Of a DNA stretch of 64,000 nt, positions 20,211-29,976 are shown in pieces. A program made the position numbers and the translations under genes. Every line of letters starts with the position of its first letter. Positions within the stretch are counted from its first letter, which is position 1. Under the pieces are notes generated by a model, which saw only the letters and a list, made by a program, of their open reading frames with translations, did no database searches and had not been told where the DNA came from. Location of the stretch: positions 1 through 64,000 of IMG/VR virus record IMGVR_UViG_3300046171_000182; one strand, written 5' to 3'. This stretch comes from a virus.

Positions 20211-21083
20211 ATGGCGCGCAATATATACTTCTCTGATAAAGTTCGATCAGAACAAAATCTATATGAGAACATTATTATAGAATCGTTAAAGATGTTCGGA
20301 CAAGATGTCTATTATCTTCCGCGAACTATTGTAAATGAAAATAGGGTATTTGGAGAAGACGTTCCATCTAAATTTAGCAACTCTTACAAGATTGAGATGT
20401 ACATTGAAAACACAGAAGGATTTGAAGGAGAAGGAGATTTATTCTCTAAGTTCGGTGTTGAGATACGAGACGAAGCTACTTTTATCGTCGCTCGCAAACG
20501 TTGGAATACTACGGTTGGTCGCGTTGATAACCAAATAGAAGGCGCAAGACCAAGAGAGGGAGATCTAATATTCCTTCCATTGTCTAACTCTTTATTTGAA
20601 GTCATGCACGTTGAACACGAACAGCCATTCTATCAGCTATCTAATTTGCCAACATTTAAAATGCGTTGTCAGCTATTTGAATATAGCGATGAAGATTTAG
20701 ATACTGATATATCATCAATTGATAGCATAGAACAAAACAATGCTTACGAATTTGATATGGTGTTATCAGGAATATCTGGTGCCTTCGAAGTAGGTGAGCG
20801 GGTTGAGCAGACTTTATTAGATGGTACGATACTAAGCGCTGAAGTATCTAAATGGGTATCAGATATTAATACTCTTTCTGTCATACATCTAGGTGGAAAT
20901 GATGGTAAATTCCATTTGCCGTCAACAGGAAGAACATTTACTGGACAAGAATCAAATGCTAGTGGCACAGTTTCTTCTGTAGTAGAAGATAATCAGCTAA
21001 GCGCTAATGAACAAAATAACGATTTTGACGGATTAGATTTTATAGACTTTAGTGAAACAAATCCATTTGGAGATCCTGAATAA
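20211..21083 (+). CDS. gp14: Neck protein gp14
   Basis: GQDVYYLPR, SKFGVEIRD, PREGDLIF, PFYQL, DFSETNPFG. Confidence 0.93.
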   Translation: MARNIYFSDKVRSEQNLYENIIIESLKMFGQDVYYLPRTIVNENRVFGEDVPSKFSNSYKIEMYIENTEGFEGEGDLFSKFGVEIRDEATFIVARKRWNTTVGRVDNQIEGARPREGDLIFLPLSNSLFEVMHVEHEQPFYQLSNLPTFKMRCQLFEYSDEDLDTDISSIDSIEQNNAYEFDMVLSGISGAFEVGERVEQTLLDGTILSAEVSKWVSDINTLSVIHLGGNDGKFHLPSTGRTFTGQESNASGTVSSVVEDNQLSANEQNNDFDGLDFIDFSETNPFGDPE

Positions 21084-21868
21084 TGTTTGGCAATTATTAT
21101 TATCATCAACGTATACGTAAAGCGGTTGCCACATTCGGCGCTATGTTTAATGACATATATGTTCTTCGTAAAGATTCAGGCGGCGGAGTTATTAGTACGG
21201 TTAAAGTGCCATTATCCTATGGACCAAGATCTAAATTTTTAGATAGAATCAGAGAATTTCCTGATCTTCAAACCGATACTAAAGTTGCTATTAAATTACC
21301 TAGGCTTTCTTTTGAAATTACAAATATATCATATGATCCAGCAAGACAATTGCCAAAAGTAAATCAAACACTTCAGGCAGTACCGGGTTCTGTTTTAACT
21401 AGAAATAAAATACAACAAGGTGTTCCATATATTCTTAGCTTTCAGTTAAGTGCGTATGCTAAAAATCAAGATGATGCGTTGCAAATCGTAGAGCAGGTTA
21501 TACCATATTTTAATCCGCAATATACATTAACGATTCAGCCATTTGAAGATTTTGATACAATAAAGGAAGATGTTCCTATTATTTTAACTGGCGTAGTACT
21601 TAATGATGAATACGAAGGTAGTATGGAATCACGTCGTACCATTGTTTATACTATGGATTTTGACATGCATGTTATCTTCCACGGACCAGTAACAACTAGC
21701 GGTATTATACGTTCTGCTATTACAGACGTATTGAATCAAGGGGCTGGACTAAATGATTCAGACATTCCTTTAGAAAGAATAACAGTAACACCTAATCCGG
21801 CTAGTGCAAGTCCGGATAGTGACTTTGGATTTAACACAGATATATTAGGAATTGACAGTGCGTTATGA
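21083..21868 (+). CDS. gp15: Tail sheath stabilizer/terminator gp15
   Basis: YYHQRIRK, VPLSYGP, LPRLSFE, QIVEQVIPYFNP. Confidence 0.93.
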   Translation: MFGNYYYHQRIRKAVATFGAMFNDIYVLRKDSGGGVISTVKVPLSYGPRSKFLDRIREFPDLQTDTKVAIKLPRLSFEITNISYDPARQLPKVNQTLQAVPGSVLTRNKIQQGVPYILSFQLSAYAKNQDDALQIVEQVIPYFNPQYTLTIQPFEDFDTIKEDVPIILTGVVLNDEYEGSMESRRTIVYTMDFDMHVIFHGPVTTSGIIRSAITDVLNQGAGLNDSDIPLERITVTPNPASASPDSDFGFNTDILGIDSAL

Positions 21869-22203
21869 TGGATTCAAACACAGCTAATAATGACTTTGAG
21901 TATGCTCGACAGATATATCATGATCTGTTAGCAAAAGGATCTGAGTCAATGGAGGAGATGATGGAGGTTGCAAGAGCAACTGAACATCCTCGTGCCTTTG
22001 AAGTTTTATCTAATATGATGAAAAACATATCAGATATTAATGGCAATCTTATGGATATGCATAAGAAGAAAAAAGACTTTGAACAAAAAGAACAAAAGGC
22101 TTTGCCTCAAGGGCAAACAACCAATAACGTTTTTGTTGGATCTACCGCAGATTTACAGCGTATGCTACAAGATGAAATGATTGATGTTACTCCAAAAGAC
22201 TGA
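21865..22203 (+). CDS. gp16: Terminase small subunit gp16
   Basis: DFEYAR, HPRAFEV, NNVFVGSTADLQ. Confidence 0.93.
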   Translation: MMDSNTANNDFEYARQIYHDLLAKGSESMEEMMEVARATEHPRAFEVLSNMMKNISDINGNLMDMHKKKKDFEQKEQKALPQGQTTNNVFVGSTADLQRMLQDEMIDVTPKD

Positions 22204-23785
22204 CACATACTTAGGTAATCCTAATGTAAAACGAGACGGAATAGTTACTCAATGGACAAATGAAGAAGTTCTTGAGTACGCTCGTTGTATGAAAGATCCG
22301 GCATACTTTGCCACAACTTACTGTAAGATTATATCTCTTGACAAAGGATTAGTTCCATTTGAATTATATCCTTATCAAGAAAAAATGTTTAATGCGTTTG
22401 ATAAAAATCGTTTTAACATAGTATTAGCGTGCCGACAGTCTGGTAAATCTATATCTTCTGTTGCATATCTACTTTGGTATGCACTGTTTCATACAGAAAA
22501 AACTGTTGCGGTAATGGCCAATAAAGGTGCGACAGCTCGAGAAATGCTTGGGCGCATATCTCTTATGCTAGAAAATTTACCTTTCTTCTTACAGCCGGGC
22601 TGTAAGGCTTTGAACAAAGGTTCGATTGAGTTTTCAAATAATTCGCGGATTGTTGCAGCGGCAACGTCAGGTTCCTCGATTCGAGGTATGTCTGTGTCTT
22701 TATTGTATTTAGACGAGTTTGCGTTTGTGGAAAATGCTGCTGAGTTTTATACGTCGACATATCCGGTTATCTCATCTGGTACAAATACTAAAATCATTAT
22801 TACATCTACTGCGAATGGTATTGGTAACGTATTTCATAAAATTTGGGAAGGTGCTTCTCAAGGTATAAATGAGTTTAAACCTTTTCGCGTTGATTGGTGG
22901 GATGTGCCTGGACGTGACGAGAACTGGAAAATCCAGACAGTAGCAAATACGTCTCAGCTACAATTTGACCAAGAGTTTGGTAATACATTTTTCGGTACCG
23001 GTGATACATTAATTAGTGCCGAAACTTTGTTAAATCTTCGAGCAAAAAATCCTATCCGCTATTTAGAAGGCGGTGACCTTAAAATATACGAAGAGACTAA
23101 TAATGAGCATGAATATGTCATGCTGGTAGATGTTTCGAAAGGAAGAGGACAGGATTATTCTACATTTAATTTGATCGATATTAGCTCTAGACCCTTTAAA
23201 CAGGTTGCTGTTTATCGCAACAATCTTATCTCTCCATTACTCTTCCCTAATATTATATATAAGTGGGCGAATTCCTATAACAAAGCGTATGTAGTAATTG
23301 AGTCAAATGATCAAGGGTCTCTTGTGACAAATGGCCTTTACCATGATCTAGAATATGAGAATATGCACGTTGAGTCTGCTATTAAAGCAAATGCTCTTGG
23401 AATTGAAATGACTCGTAAAGTAAAAAGACTTGGTTGTTCGTCATTTAAAGATATATTAGAAAATAATAAACTAGAAATATGCGATGATGATACTATATTA
23501 GAAATATCTACATTTGTTGCAAAAGGTGTATCATATGAAGCGTCAACTGGTAATCATGATGACTTAGTTATGAATTTTGTTATGTTAGGATATTTTATCT
23601 CTACACAATATTTTTCTGATATGACAGATATAAATTTAAAAGAACTGATGTTTAAACACAAAATGAAAGAGATAGAAGACGATCTCCCTCCATTTGGTTA
23701 TATAGATGACGGTCTATCTTCAATTTCTAATGAAGAAGAGCGTGAAGGCAGGCAATGGGCTATAGAATATATGCCAGATATTTAA
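22184..23785 (+). CDS. gp17: Terminase large subunit gp17
   Basis: YLGNPNVK, RQSGKS, LYLDEFAF, STANG, DYS, HDDLVM. Confidence 0.96.
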   Translation: MLLQKTDTYLGNPNVKRDGIVTQWTNEEVLEYARCMKDPAYFATTYCKIISLDKGLVPFELYPYQEKMFNAFDKNRFNIVLACRQSGKSISSVAYLLWYALFHTEKTVAVMANKGATAREMLGRISLMLENLPFFLQPGCKALNKGSIEFSNNSRIVAAATSGSSIRGMSVSLLYLDEFAFVENAAEFYTSTYPVISSGTNTKIIITSTANGIGNVFHKIWEGASQGINEFKPFRVDWWDVPGRDENWKIQTVANTSQLQFDQEFGNTFFGTGDTLISAETLLNLRAKNPIRYLEGGDLKIYEETNNEHEYVMLVDVSKGRGQDYSTFNLIDISSRPFKQVAVYRNNLISPLLFPNIIYKWANSYNKAYVVIESNDQGSLVTNGLYHDLEYENMHVESAIKANALGIEMTRKVKRLGCSSFKDILENNKLEICDDDTILEISTFVAKGVSYEASTGNHDDLVMNFVMLGYFISTQYFSDMTDINLKELMFKHKMKEIEDDLPPFGYIDDGLSSISNEEEREGRQWAIEYMPDI

Positions 23786-23789
23786 ATAT

Positions 23790-23797
23790 TATAAATA
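23790..23797 (+). promoter_or_regulatory. T4-type late promoter TATAAATA
   Basis: Exact consensus upstream of gp18. Confidence 0.8.
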
Positions 23798-23862
23798 ACA
23801 GTAATTGATAAACTTCGTATTATGGACCCGCATATAATTTAAATTTTCGAGAGGAAAAAATC

Positions 23863-25599
23863 ATGGCATTTTCAGAATCTCCGGCAATTACGGTAAGAGA
23901 GGTCGACGCATCTGGTGTAGTGCCAGCAGTTTCTTCTTCTACTGGCGCACTTGTTGGTAATTTCAGATGGGGCCCTGTGGATCAAGCAACTCTTATTTCT
24001 AATGAAGCCGAGTTAGCTGGAACATTTGGGACGCCTACATCTGCAAATGCTGTTGACTATCATTCAGCAGCGTACTTTCTTAAGTACACAAATGCTCTTC
24101 AAGTAGTTCGAGTATTAGGCGATAGCGATGGCTTTAACGCTTATAACCACAACGAAGCAGTAAACGGAAAAAATGTTAGGATCAAAGACGCTGACGCGTG
24201 GGATAACTCCCTATCAGCATTTGATTCAGACCAACATACTTTTATAGCTAAATGGCCAGGCGAACTTGGCAACAGCTTAACAGTATCATTGTGCCCAAAT
24301 CAATCAGCTGATTCAGCTTATAATAACTGGACACATAAAGATAATTTTGATGCACCTCCAGGAACTTCAGGATATGCTGAAGGACTTAACGCGTCTAATG
24401 ACGAACTGCACGTTGCTATCGTCGATAAAGGCGGTAAGTTTACTGGAACAAAGGGAACTATTTTAGAAACATTTCCATTTGTATCGTTAGCATCTGACGC
24501 TAAAACATCAGACGGATCTACAAACTTTGTAAGAGACGTTGTCAATAGAAAATCAGAATATATCTGGATGGCCGGATTTGATTCTGATTATACAGTAGCA
24601 AATGCTGGAACAGCTACAGCTACTGGAAAAGATTATCAAATTTCTAATCCATTAATAGTTGCTAAAGACTATGACTTAGATTCAGGTGATGAGTCTACGA
24701 ATATGGACGTAGGAGATTACATTTCAGGCTTTGATAAATTTGAAGACAAAGATCAAATTCAAGTAGATCTTATGATTGCACCTCAAATGAATTCAAGAAC
24801 TGACACAACAACAATTGTTAATGACATGGTAAGCATTGCTCAAGGTCAGCGTAAAGACTGTGTTGTAGTTGCTTCACCTGCAAGAAGTGATATCGTAGGA
24901 GTTACGGCAACGGCTGCTAATACAAATGCAGTTACAACGGCCGCAACATTTACCTCATCATCATACTTAGTAGTTGACAATAACTTCCTTAAAGTCTATG
25001 ATAAATATAACGACGAGTTTATTTTTATTCCCGCTAACTCTTCAACCGCAGGTATCATGGCCGCAACCGATGTAACGGCTGCAACATGGTTCTCACCAGC
25101 TGGTCCACGACGTGGTCAGTATCTTGGTGTGACAGGTATTTCATACTCTCCAAACAAAGCACAGAGAGATGTACTATATCGTAACGGCGTAAACCCGATT
25201 GCGAATATTCCTGGTCAAGGGTTGTTGCTATTTGGTGATAAAACAAAACTCGCTAGACCATCCGCATTCGATCGTATTAACGTACGTCGTTTGTTCTTGA
25301 CTATCGAAAGAGCAATCGCGATTGCAGCTAGAAACGTAATGTTCGAATTCAATGATGAATTTACAAGAGCAGAATTCGTTGGAGTTGTAGAGCCATTCTT
25401 GAGAGACATCAAAGGTCGTCGTGGTATAACAGACTTCCGAGTGGTTTGTGACGAAACAAACAACACGGGTGCAGTTATAGATAGAAATGAATTTGTCGCT
25501 ACGGTCCTAGTCAAACCTGCACGTTCGATCAACTTTGTTACTCTTAACTTTGTTGCCGTACGTACCGGTGTTGATTTCGCAGAAATCGCAGGGGTGTAA
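23863..25599 (+). CDS. gp18: Tail sheath protein gp18
   Basis: SPAITVRE, FRWGP, WFSPAG, FDRINVRRLF, PARSINFVTLNF. Confidence 0.96.
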   Translation: MAFSESPAITVREVDASGVVPAVSSSTGALVGNFRWGPVDQATLISNEAELAGTFGTPTSANAVDYHSAAYFLKYTNALQVVRVLGDSDGFNAYNHNEAVNGKNVRIKDADAWDNSLSAFDSDQHTFIAKWPGELGNSLTVSLCPNQSADSAYNNWTHKDNFDAPPGTSGYAEGLNASNDELHVAIVDKGGKFTGTKGTILETFPFVSLASDAKTSDGSTNFVRDVVNRKSEYIWMAGFDSDYTVANAGTATATGKDYQISNPLIVAKDYDLDSGDESTNMDVGDYISGFDKFEDKDQIQVDLMIAPQMNSRTDTTTIVNDMVSIAQGQRKDCVVVASPARSDIVGVTATAANTNAVTTAATFTSSSYLVVDNNFLKVYDKYNDEFIFIPANSSTAGIMAATDVTAATWFSPAGPRRGQYLGVTGISYSPNKAQRDVLYRNGVNPIANIPGQGLLLFGDKTKLARPSAFDRINVRRLFLTIERAIAIAARNVMFEFNDEFTRAEFVGVVEPFLRDIKGRRGITDFRVVCDETNNTGAVIDRNEFVATVLVKPARSINFVTLNFVAVRTGVDFAEIAGV

Positions 25600-25610
25600 G
25601 GAGGTAAAAA

Positions 25611-26138
25611 ATGGCTATTTTAGGTGTAGACGATTTTAAAGCAAAACTGGCTGGTGGCGGTGCTCGCCCCAACCTATTTAAGGTAACATTAGGATTTCCA
25701 GCGTATGCTGAGGGTGATGTTGAATTAACATCATTCATGTGTAGAACAGGTCAACTTCCTGCTTCAACCGTACCAGCAATGCCTGTTGCATTCCGTGGTC
25801 GCCAGTTACAAATGGCAGGCGATCGTGTTTTCGAACCATGGACAACTACTATCATTAACGATACAAACTTCACGATTCGAAACTCAATGGAACGTTGGAT
25901 GAATGGTATTAACGCCCATTCACTTAATACTGGTTTAGTGAATCCGACAGATTATCAAGCAGACTTAACAGTTGATCAGCTAGATAAAGACGAGTCGATT
26001 CTTAAAACGTATAAATTTGTAGCTGCCTTCCCGACAGCAATTTCTCCAATTGATCTTGCATATGATGCCAATGATCAGATTGAAGAATTTACAGTAGAAT
26101 TTACGTATCAGTACTGGACGTCCAATACTACCACATAA
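25611..26138 (+). CDS. gp19: Tail tube protein gp19
   Basis: GGARPNLF, AGDRVFEPW, IEEFTVEFTYQYW. Confidence 0.95.
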   Translation: MAILGVDDFKAKLAGGGARPNLFKVTLGFPAYAEGDVELTSFMCRTGQLPASTVPAMPVAFRGRQLQMAGDRVFEPWTTTIINDTNFTIRNSMERWMNGINAHSLNTGLVNPTDYQADLTVDQLDKDESILKTYKFVAAFPTAISPIDLAYDANDQIEEFTVEFTYQYWTSNTTT

Positions 26139-26151
26139 TTGAAAATTAGAA

Positions 26152-26173
26152 AGAGGGGCAGCAATGCCCCTCT
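26152..26173 (+). terminator. Hairpin AGAGGGGCA-GCAA-TGCCCCTCT (terminator or mRNA-stabilising stem)
   Basis: Perfect 9-bp stem with GNRA loop after gp19; weak U-tract. Confidence 0.6.
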
Positions 26174-26193
26174 ATATTCTATTAGGATAAAAT

Positions 26194-27711
26194 ATGGCCG
26201 ACAATAATGCATTAAAAATATTTGGCTTCGAAATTCGAAGAGCAAATAAAAAAGAAGAAGACAAGAAGTTACAATCTATTGTACCTCGTCAAGATGACGA
26301 TGGTGCAGGATACGTTACTGCTTCTGGTTCTCATTATGGTCAGTATATTAATATTGATGGCGATGATTCTAAAGACAATCATCAAATGATAATGAAATAC
26401 CGTGGAGTATCAACACACCCAGAGGTTGATGCTGCTATAGAAGATATTATTAATGAATCTGTTTCTGCTTCAGAAGATGAGGCACCAGTCTCAATTATTC
26501 TTGATAAAGTTGAAGTATCAGATCAAATTAAAAAAGGAATTACAGAAGAGTTCAATAACGTCTTATCGATGTTGGACTTTACAAACAATGGCCACGACAT
26601 GTTTAAGCGTTGGTACATTGATGGCAGATTATATCATCACCTTGTTGTAAATGACTCTAATATTAAAGCAGGTATTCAGGAGATTCGTCCTATTGACTCT
26701 GCAAAGATTCGTAAAGTAAAACAAGTAAAGAAAAAGAAAGATCCAGTTACTGGAGCTAATCTAGTTGAATCGGTTGATGAATATTACATTTATCAAGAAA
26801 AACCTGGACAACAGTCATCAGGTATAAAACTATCGTTTGATTCAGTAAGTTATGTAACATCCGGACTTCTCTCAGCTGATAGAAAGAAAGTTGTATCGCA
26901 TTTACATAAAGCTCTGAAGCCAATTAACCAGCTTCGAATGATGGAAGACTCACTGGTTATCTACAGGCTTGCACGGGCGCCTGAGAGACGAATTTTCTAT
27001 ATTGACGTAGGTAACTTGCCTCGTGGTAAATCCGAGCAATATATGAAAGACATTATGGCTCGTTATCGTAATAAGCTTGTATATGATGCAGACACAGGAC
27101 AAATAAGAGATGATCGCAAACATATGTCGATGCTTGAAGATTTTTGGTTGCCCCGGCGAGAAGGTGGTCGAGGAACTGAGATCTCTACCTTACCAGGCGG
27201 CGAAAACCTGGGACAAATCGACGATATCATTTACTTCCAAAAGCGTTTGTACCGTTCTCTCAATGTACCTATAAACAGATTAGAGCAGGAAGCACAGTTT
27301 AGTTTAGGTCGATCTACAGAGATAAGTAGAGATGAATTAAAATTTCAGAAGTTTATTGATAGACTACGTAAACGTTTCTCAACGTTGTTCTTAGAAATTC
27401 TAAAGAAACAACTTGTAATGAAAGGTCTAATCACTGAAGAAGATTGGAATGAATGGAAGAATAATCTAGTTGTCGATTATAAAAGAGATAACCATTTTAC
27501 AGAGTTAAAAGATGCTGAACTATTAAGAGAAAGACTACAAACGCTAGACCAAGTAAGTCAATATGTGGGTGACTACTTCTCAAAAGAATGGGTCATGAAA
27601 AACGTATTGATGTTTAACGATGAAGATATTAAACAAGTTGCACAACAATCTGATGAAGAGCAACCAACTGATAATGAAACTGATCAACAAAATATTCCTG
27701 ATGAAGAATAG
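26194..27711 (+). CDS. gp20: Portal protein gp20
   Basis: WYIDGR, LVIYRLARAPERRIFYIDVGNLP, EDFWLPRREGGRGTEISTLPG. Confidence 0.97.
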   Translation: MADNNALKIFGFEIRRANKKEEDKKLQSIVPRQDDDGAGYVTASGSHYGQYINIDGDDSKDNHQMIMKYRGVSTHPEVDAAIEDIINESVSASEDEAPVSIILDKVEVSDQIKKGITEEFNNVLSMLDFTNNGHDMFKRWYIDGRLYHHLVVNDSNIKAGIQEIRPIDSAKIRKVKQVKKKKDPVTGANLVESVDEYYIYQEKPGQQSSGIKLSFDSVSYVTSGLLSADRKKVVSHLHKALKPINQLRMMEDSLVIYRLARAPERRIFYIDVGNLPRGKSEQYMKDIMARYRNKLVYDADTGQIRDDRKHMSMLEDFWLPRREGGRGTEISTLPGGENLGQIDDIIYFQKRLYRSLNVPINRLEQEAQFSLGRSTEISRDELKFQKFIDRLRKRFSTLFLEILKKQLVMKGLITEEDWNEWKNNLVVDYKRDNHFTELKDAELLRERLQTLDQVSQYVGDYFSKEWVMKNVLMFNDEDIKQVAQQSDEEQPTDNETDQQNIPDEE

Positions 27712-27717
27712 TTTTGT

Positions 27718-27725
27718 TATAAATA
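27718..27725 (+). promoter_or_regulatory. T4-type late promoter TATAAATA
   Basis: Exact consensus upstream of the prohead genes. Confidence 0.8.
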
Positions 27726-27743
27726 ATAGGAAACGGAGTTATT

Positions 27744-28052
27744 ATGGAAAACATTGAACAATTGATACAACAAGCGGCTGATAAAGATTACGCGTCGGCT
27801 AATACTACATTTGTAGATATTATGAATCAAAAGCTTGCTGATACTTTAGAACAAGAAAAAATTAGAGTATCTGGTCAAATATATAATAGAATGGAATCTG
27901 AAGAAGATGAAGAGCAACTAGAACTAGATTTGGAAGATGACGCCGATGAGTTAGTTGATGACGAAACTGATTCTGAGGTCGAAGAGGATGACGTAGATGT
28001 TGACGACGACGATGATACAGACGACTCCGATGAAGACACTGAAGAATCTTAG
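27744..28052 (+). CDS. Prohead core protein, gp67-like
   Basis: Position after portal; very acidic tail. Confidence 0.6.
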   Translation: MENIEQLIQQAADKDYASANTTFVDIMNQKLADTLEQEKIRVSGQIYNRMESEEDEEQLELDLEDDADELVDDETDSEVEEDDVDVDDDDDTDDSDEDTEES

Positions 28053-28230
28053 AGAAGCTGTAACAAAAGAACGAACGGTTTATAAAAGAAAATATATGGG
28101 CTTCAGACTAGAAATCATACAGAAGCATGATAAGTTTGAAGCATATGTAGACGGTGAAAAATTAGACACTTATGATACGAAGCAGCATGCACAAAAAATG
28201 ATCATGCAATTCGTTAGGGAAGTAGATTAA
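28030..28230 (+). CDS. Small prohead-region protein (gp68 position)
   Basis: MKTLKNLRE start typical of T4-like internal head proteins. Confidence 0.5.
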   Translation: MKTLKNLREAVTKERTVYKRKYMGFRLEIIQKHDKFEAYVDGEKLDTYDTKQHAQKMIMQFVREVD

Positions 28231-28892
28231 TGAAGCTTATTGCTGAATACACAGAACAAAATATTCAATGCTTGGTAGAAGCCAAGGAGGACGGTAGTAA
28301 AAATTATACTATCGAAGGCGTATTTGCACAAGCTGAACAAAAGAATAGAAATGGTCGTATTTATCCAAAAATGATTATGGAAAATGCAGTAAAAAAATAC
28401 GCCAAAGAACAAGTTGCAACTAAACGGGCCGTGGGTGAATTGAATCATCCCGAAGGTCCTACTGTCAACTTGGACAAAGTTTCCCATCTCATAACTGAAC
28501 TCAAAGTTGAGGACAATAATGTGATGGGTAAGGCAACTATATTGGGCACTCCAATGGGTGAAGTCGTTAAAGGCTTACTTGAAGGTGGTGTACAGCTAGG
28601 TGTCTCAACTCGTGGTATGGGTAGCCTTGAGAGACGTGGCGATGCCATGTATGTCAAAGATGACTTTATGCTTAATACGATTGACATCGTACAAGATCCA
28701 TCAGCTCCCGGAGCTTTTGTTAATGGAATTATGGAAGGCGTTGACTGGGTCTGGAATAACGGCATCATTGAAGCTCAAGAAATTGAAAAAATGGAGACTG
28801 AAATTAAGAAGGCTCCACGCGCTGATCTCTACGGAGTTCAGACTCGTGAGTTTAAGAATTTCCTCTCGTTACTGAAAACTAAATCTTATTAA
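28230..28892 (+). CDS. gp21: Prohead protease gp21
   Basis: MKLIAE, NRNGRIYP, GELNHP, GVSTRGMGS, DIVQDPSAP. Confidence 0.96.
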   Translation: MKLIAEYTEQNIQCLVEAKEDGSKNYTIEGVFAQAEQKNRNGRIYPKMIMENAVKKYAKEQVATKRAVGELNHPEGPTVNLDKVSHLITELKVEDNNVMGKATILGTPMGEVVKGLLEGGVQLGVSTRGMGSLERRGDAMYVKDDFMLNTIDIVQDPSAPGAFVNGIMEGVDWVWNNGIIEAQEIEKMETEIKKAPRADLYGVQTREFKNFLSLLKTKSY

Positions 28893-28902
28893 GGAGAACG
28901 AC

Positions 28903-29958
28903 ATGACTGATCAAGTCGAAAATCAGGAAGTTGAGCTCGAGGACGAGATCGAAATCGAAGAAGCTCACGATCCCAAAAATGCAGAGGCACAATCAGTCGC
29001 TTCTGTAAAGGGTGCCGAAGGAAAAGGCAAGACTGCAAAAGAGCCAGGTGGCAAAGGCGGTCCGGCTGCACCTATGGAAAAGTTGCCAGGAACTAAAGCT
29101 GGTATGATTAATGCAATGTATATGAAAGCAAGCAAAATGAAGAAAGAAGAGCTTGCCGGAATGTATGCTAAACTTATGGGCGAAACTGTTGCAGAAGAAG
29201 TAGAAGCTGGTGATCAACCAATCGTTGAATATCAAGCTGATTTTTCTTCAGATCTAGACGCATTAATCGAGTCTGAAGCTACTCTTTCCGAAGAGTTTAA
29301 AGCTAAAACAGCCGTAATTTTTGAAGCAGCTATCAAATCTAAACTATCGGAAGAAATCGATCGTTTAGAAGAAAACTATGCAACTGAACTCGAAGAAGAA
29401 GTATCAGCTACTAAAGCAGATATGGTCGAGAAAGTTGACAGCTACCTCAACTATGTTGTTGAGAATTGGATGGAAGAAAATAAACTTGCCGTAGAAACCG
29501 GTCTACGTACCGAGATTTCTGAGAAGTTTATGAGTTCATTGAAAGATCTGTTTACAGAATCTTACATTGATGTTCCAGAATCTAAAGTCGACCTAGTTGA
29601 CGAATTAGCCGCAGAGGTTGAGGAGCTAGAAGAAGCTCTAAATAACTCTATGGCAAAAGCCATCGAAACTGCTGAAGAATTAGAAGAAATGAAACGACAC
29701 GAAGTGATTCGTGAAGCTTCAAAAGATTTGGCAGAAACACAAGTTGAAAAACTTGCGAAGTTGGTCGGAGATATTACCTTTGAAGATGAGGATACTTTTG
29801 CAGAAAAAGTAAAAACAGTCAAAGAGTCATATTTCAAAAAAGAATCCGTTGAGTCTGTAATAGAAGACGCAGTTGAAGATGAAGATGGTAACATCGTCGA
29901 AGCAACTGGAACAATGGAACAATACCTCACCGCGATCCGCAAGTCGGCGCAAACATAA
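28903..29958 (+). CDS. gp22: Prohead scaffold gp22
   Basis: LSEEFKAK..IFEAA, VDSYLNYVVENW, F..KV..VKESYF. Confidence 0.93.
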   Translation: MTDQVENQEVELEDEIEIEEAHDPKNAEAQSVASVKGAEGKGKTAKEPGGKGGPAAPMEKLPGTKAGMINAMYMKASKMKKEELAGMYAKLMGETVAEEVEAGDQPIVEYQADFSSDLDALIESEATLSEEFKAKTAVIFEAAIKSKLSEEIDRLEENYATELEEEVSATKADMVEKVDSYLNYVVENWMEENKLAVETGLRTEISEKFMSSLKDLFTESYIDVPESKVDLVDELAAEVEELEEALNNSMAKAIETAEELEEMKRHEVIREASKDLAETQVEKLAKLVGDITFEDEDTFAEKVKTVKESYFKKESVESVIEDAVEDEDGNIVEATGTMEQYLTAIRKSAQT

Positions 29959-29976
29959 ATTTGGGAGTCCAAACAA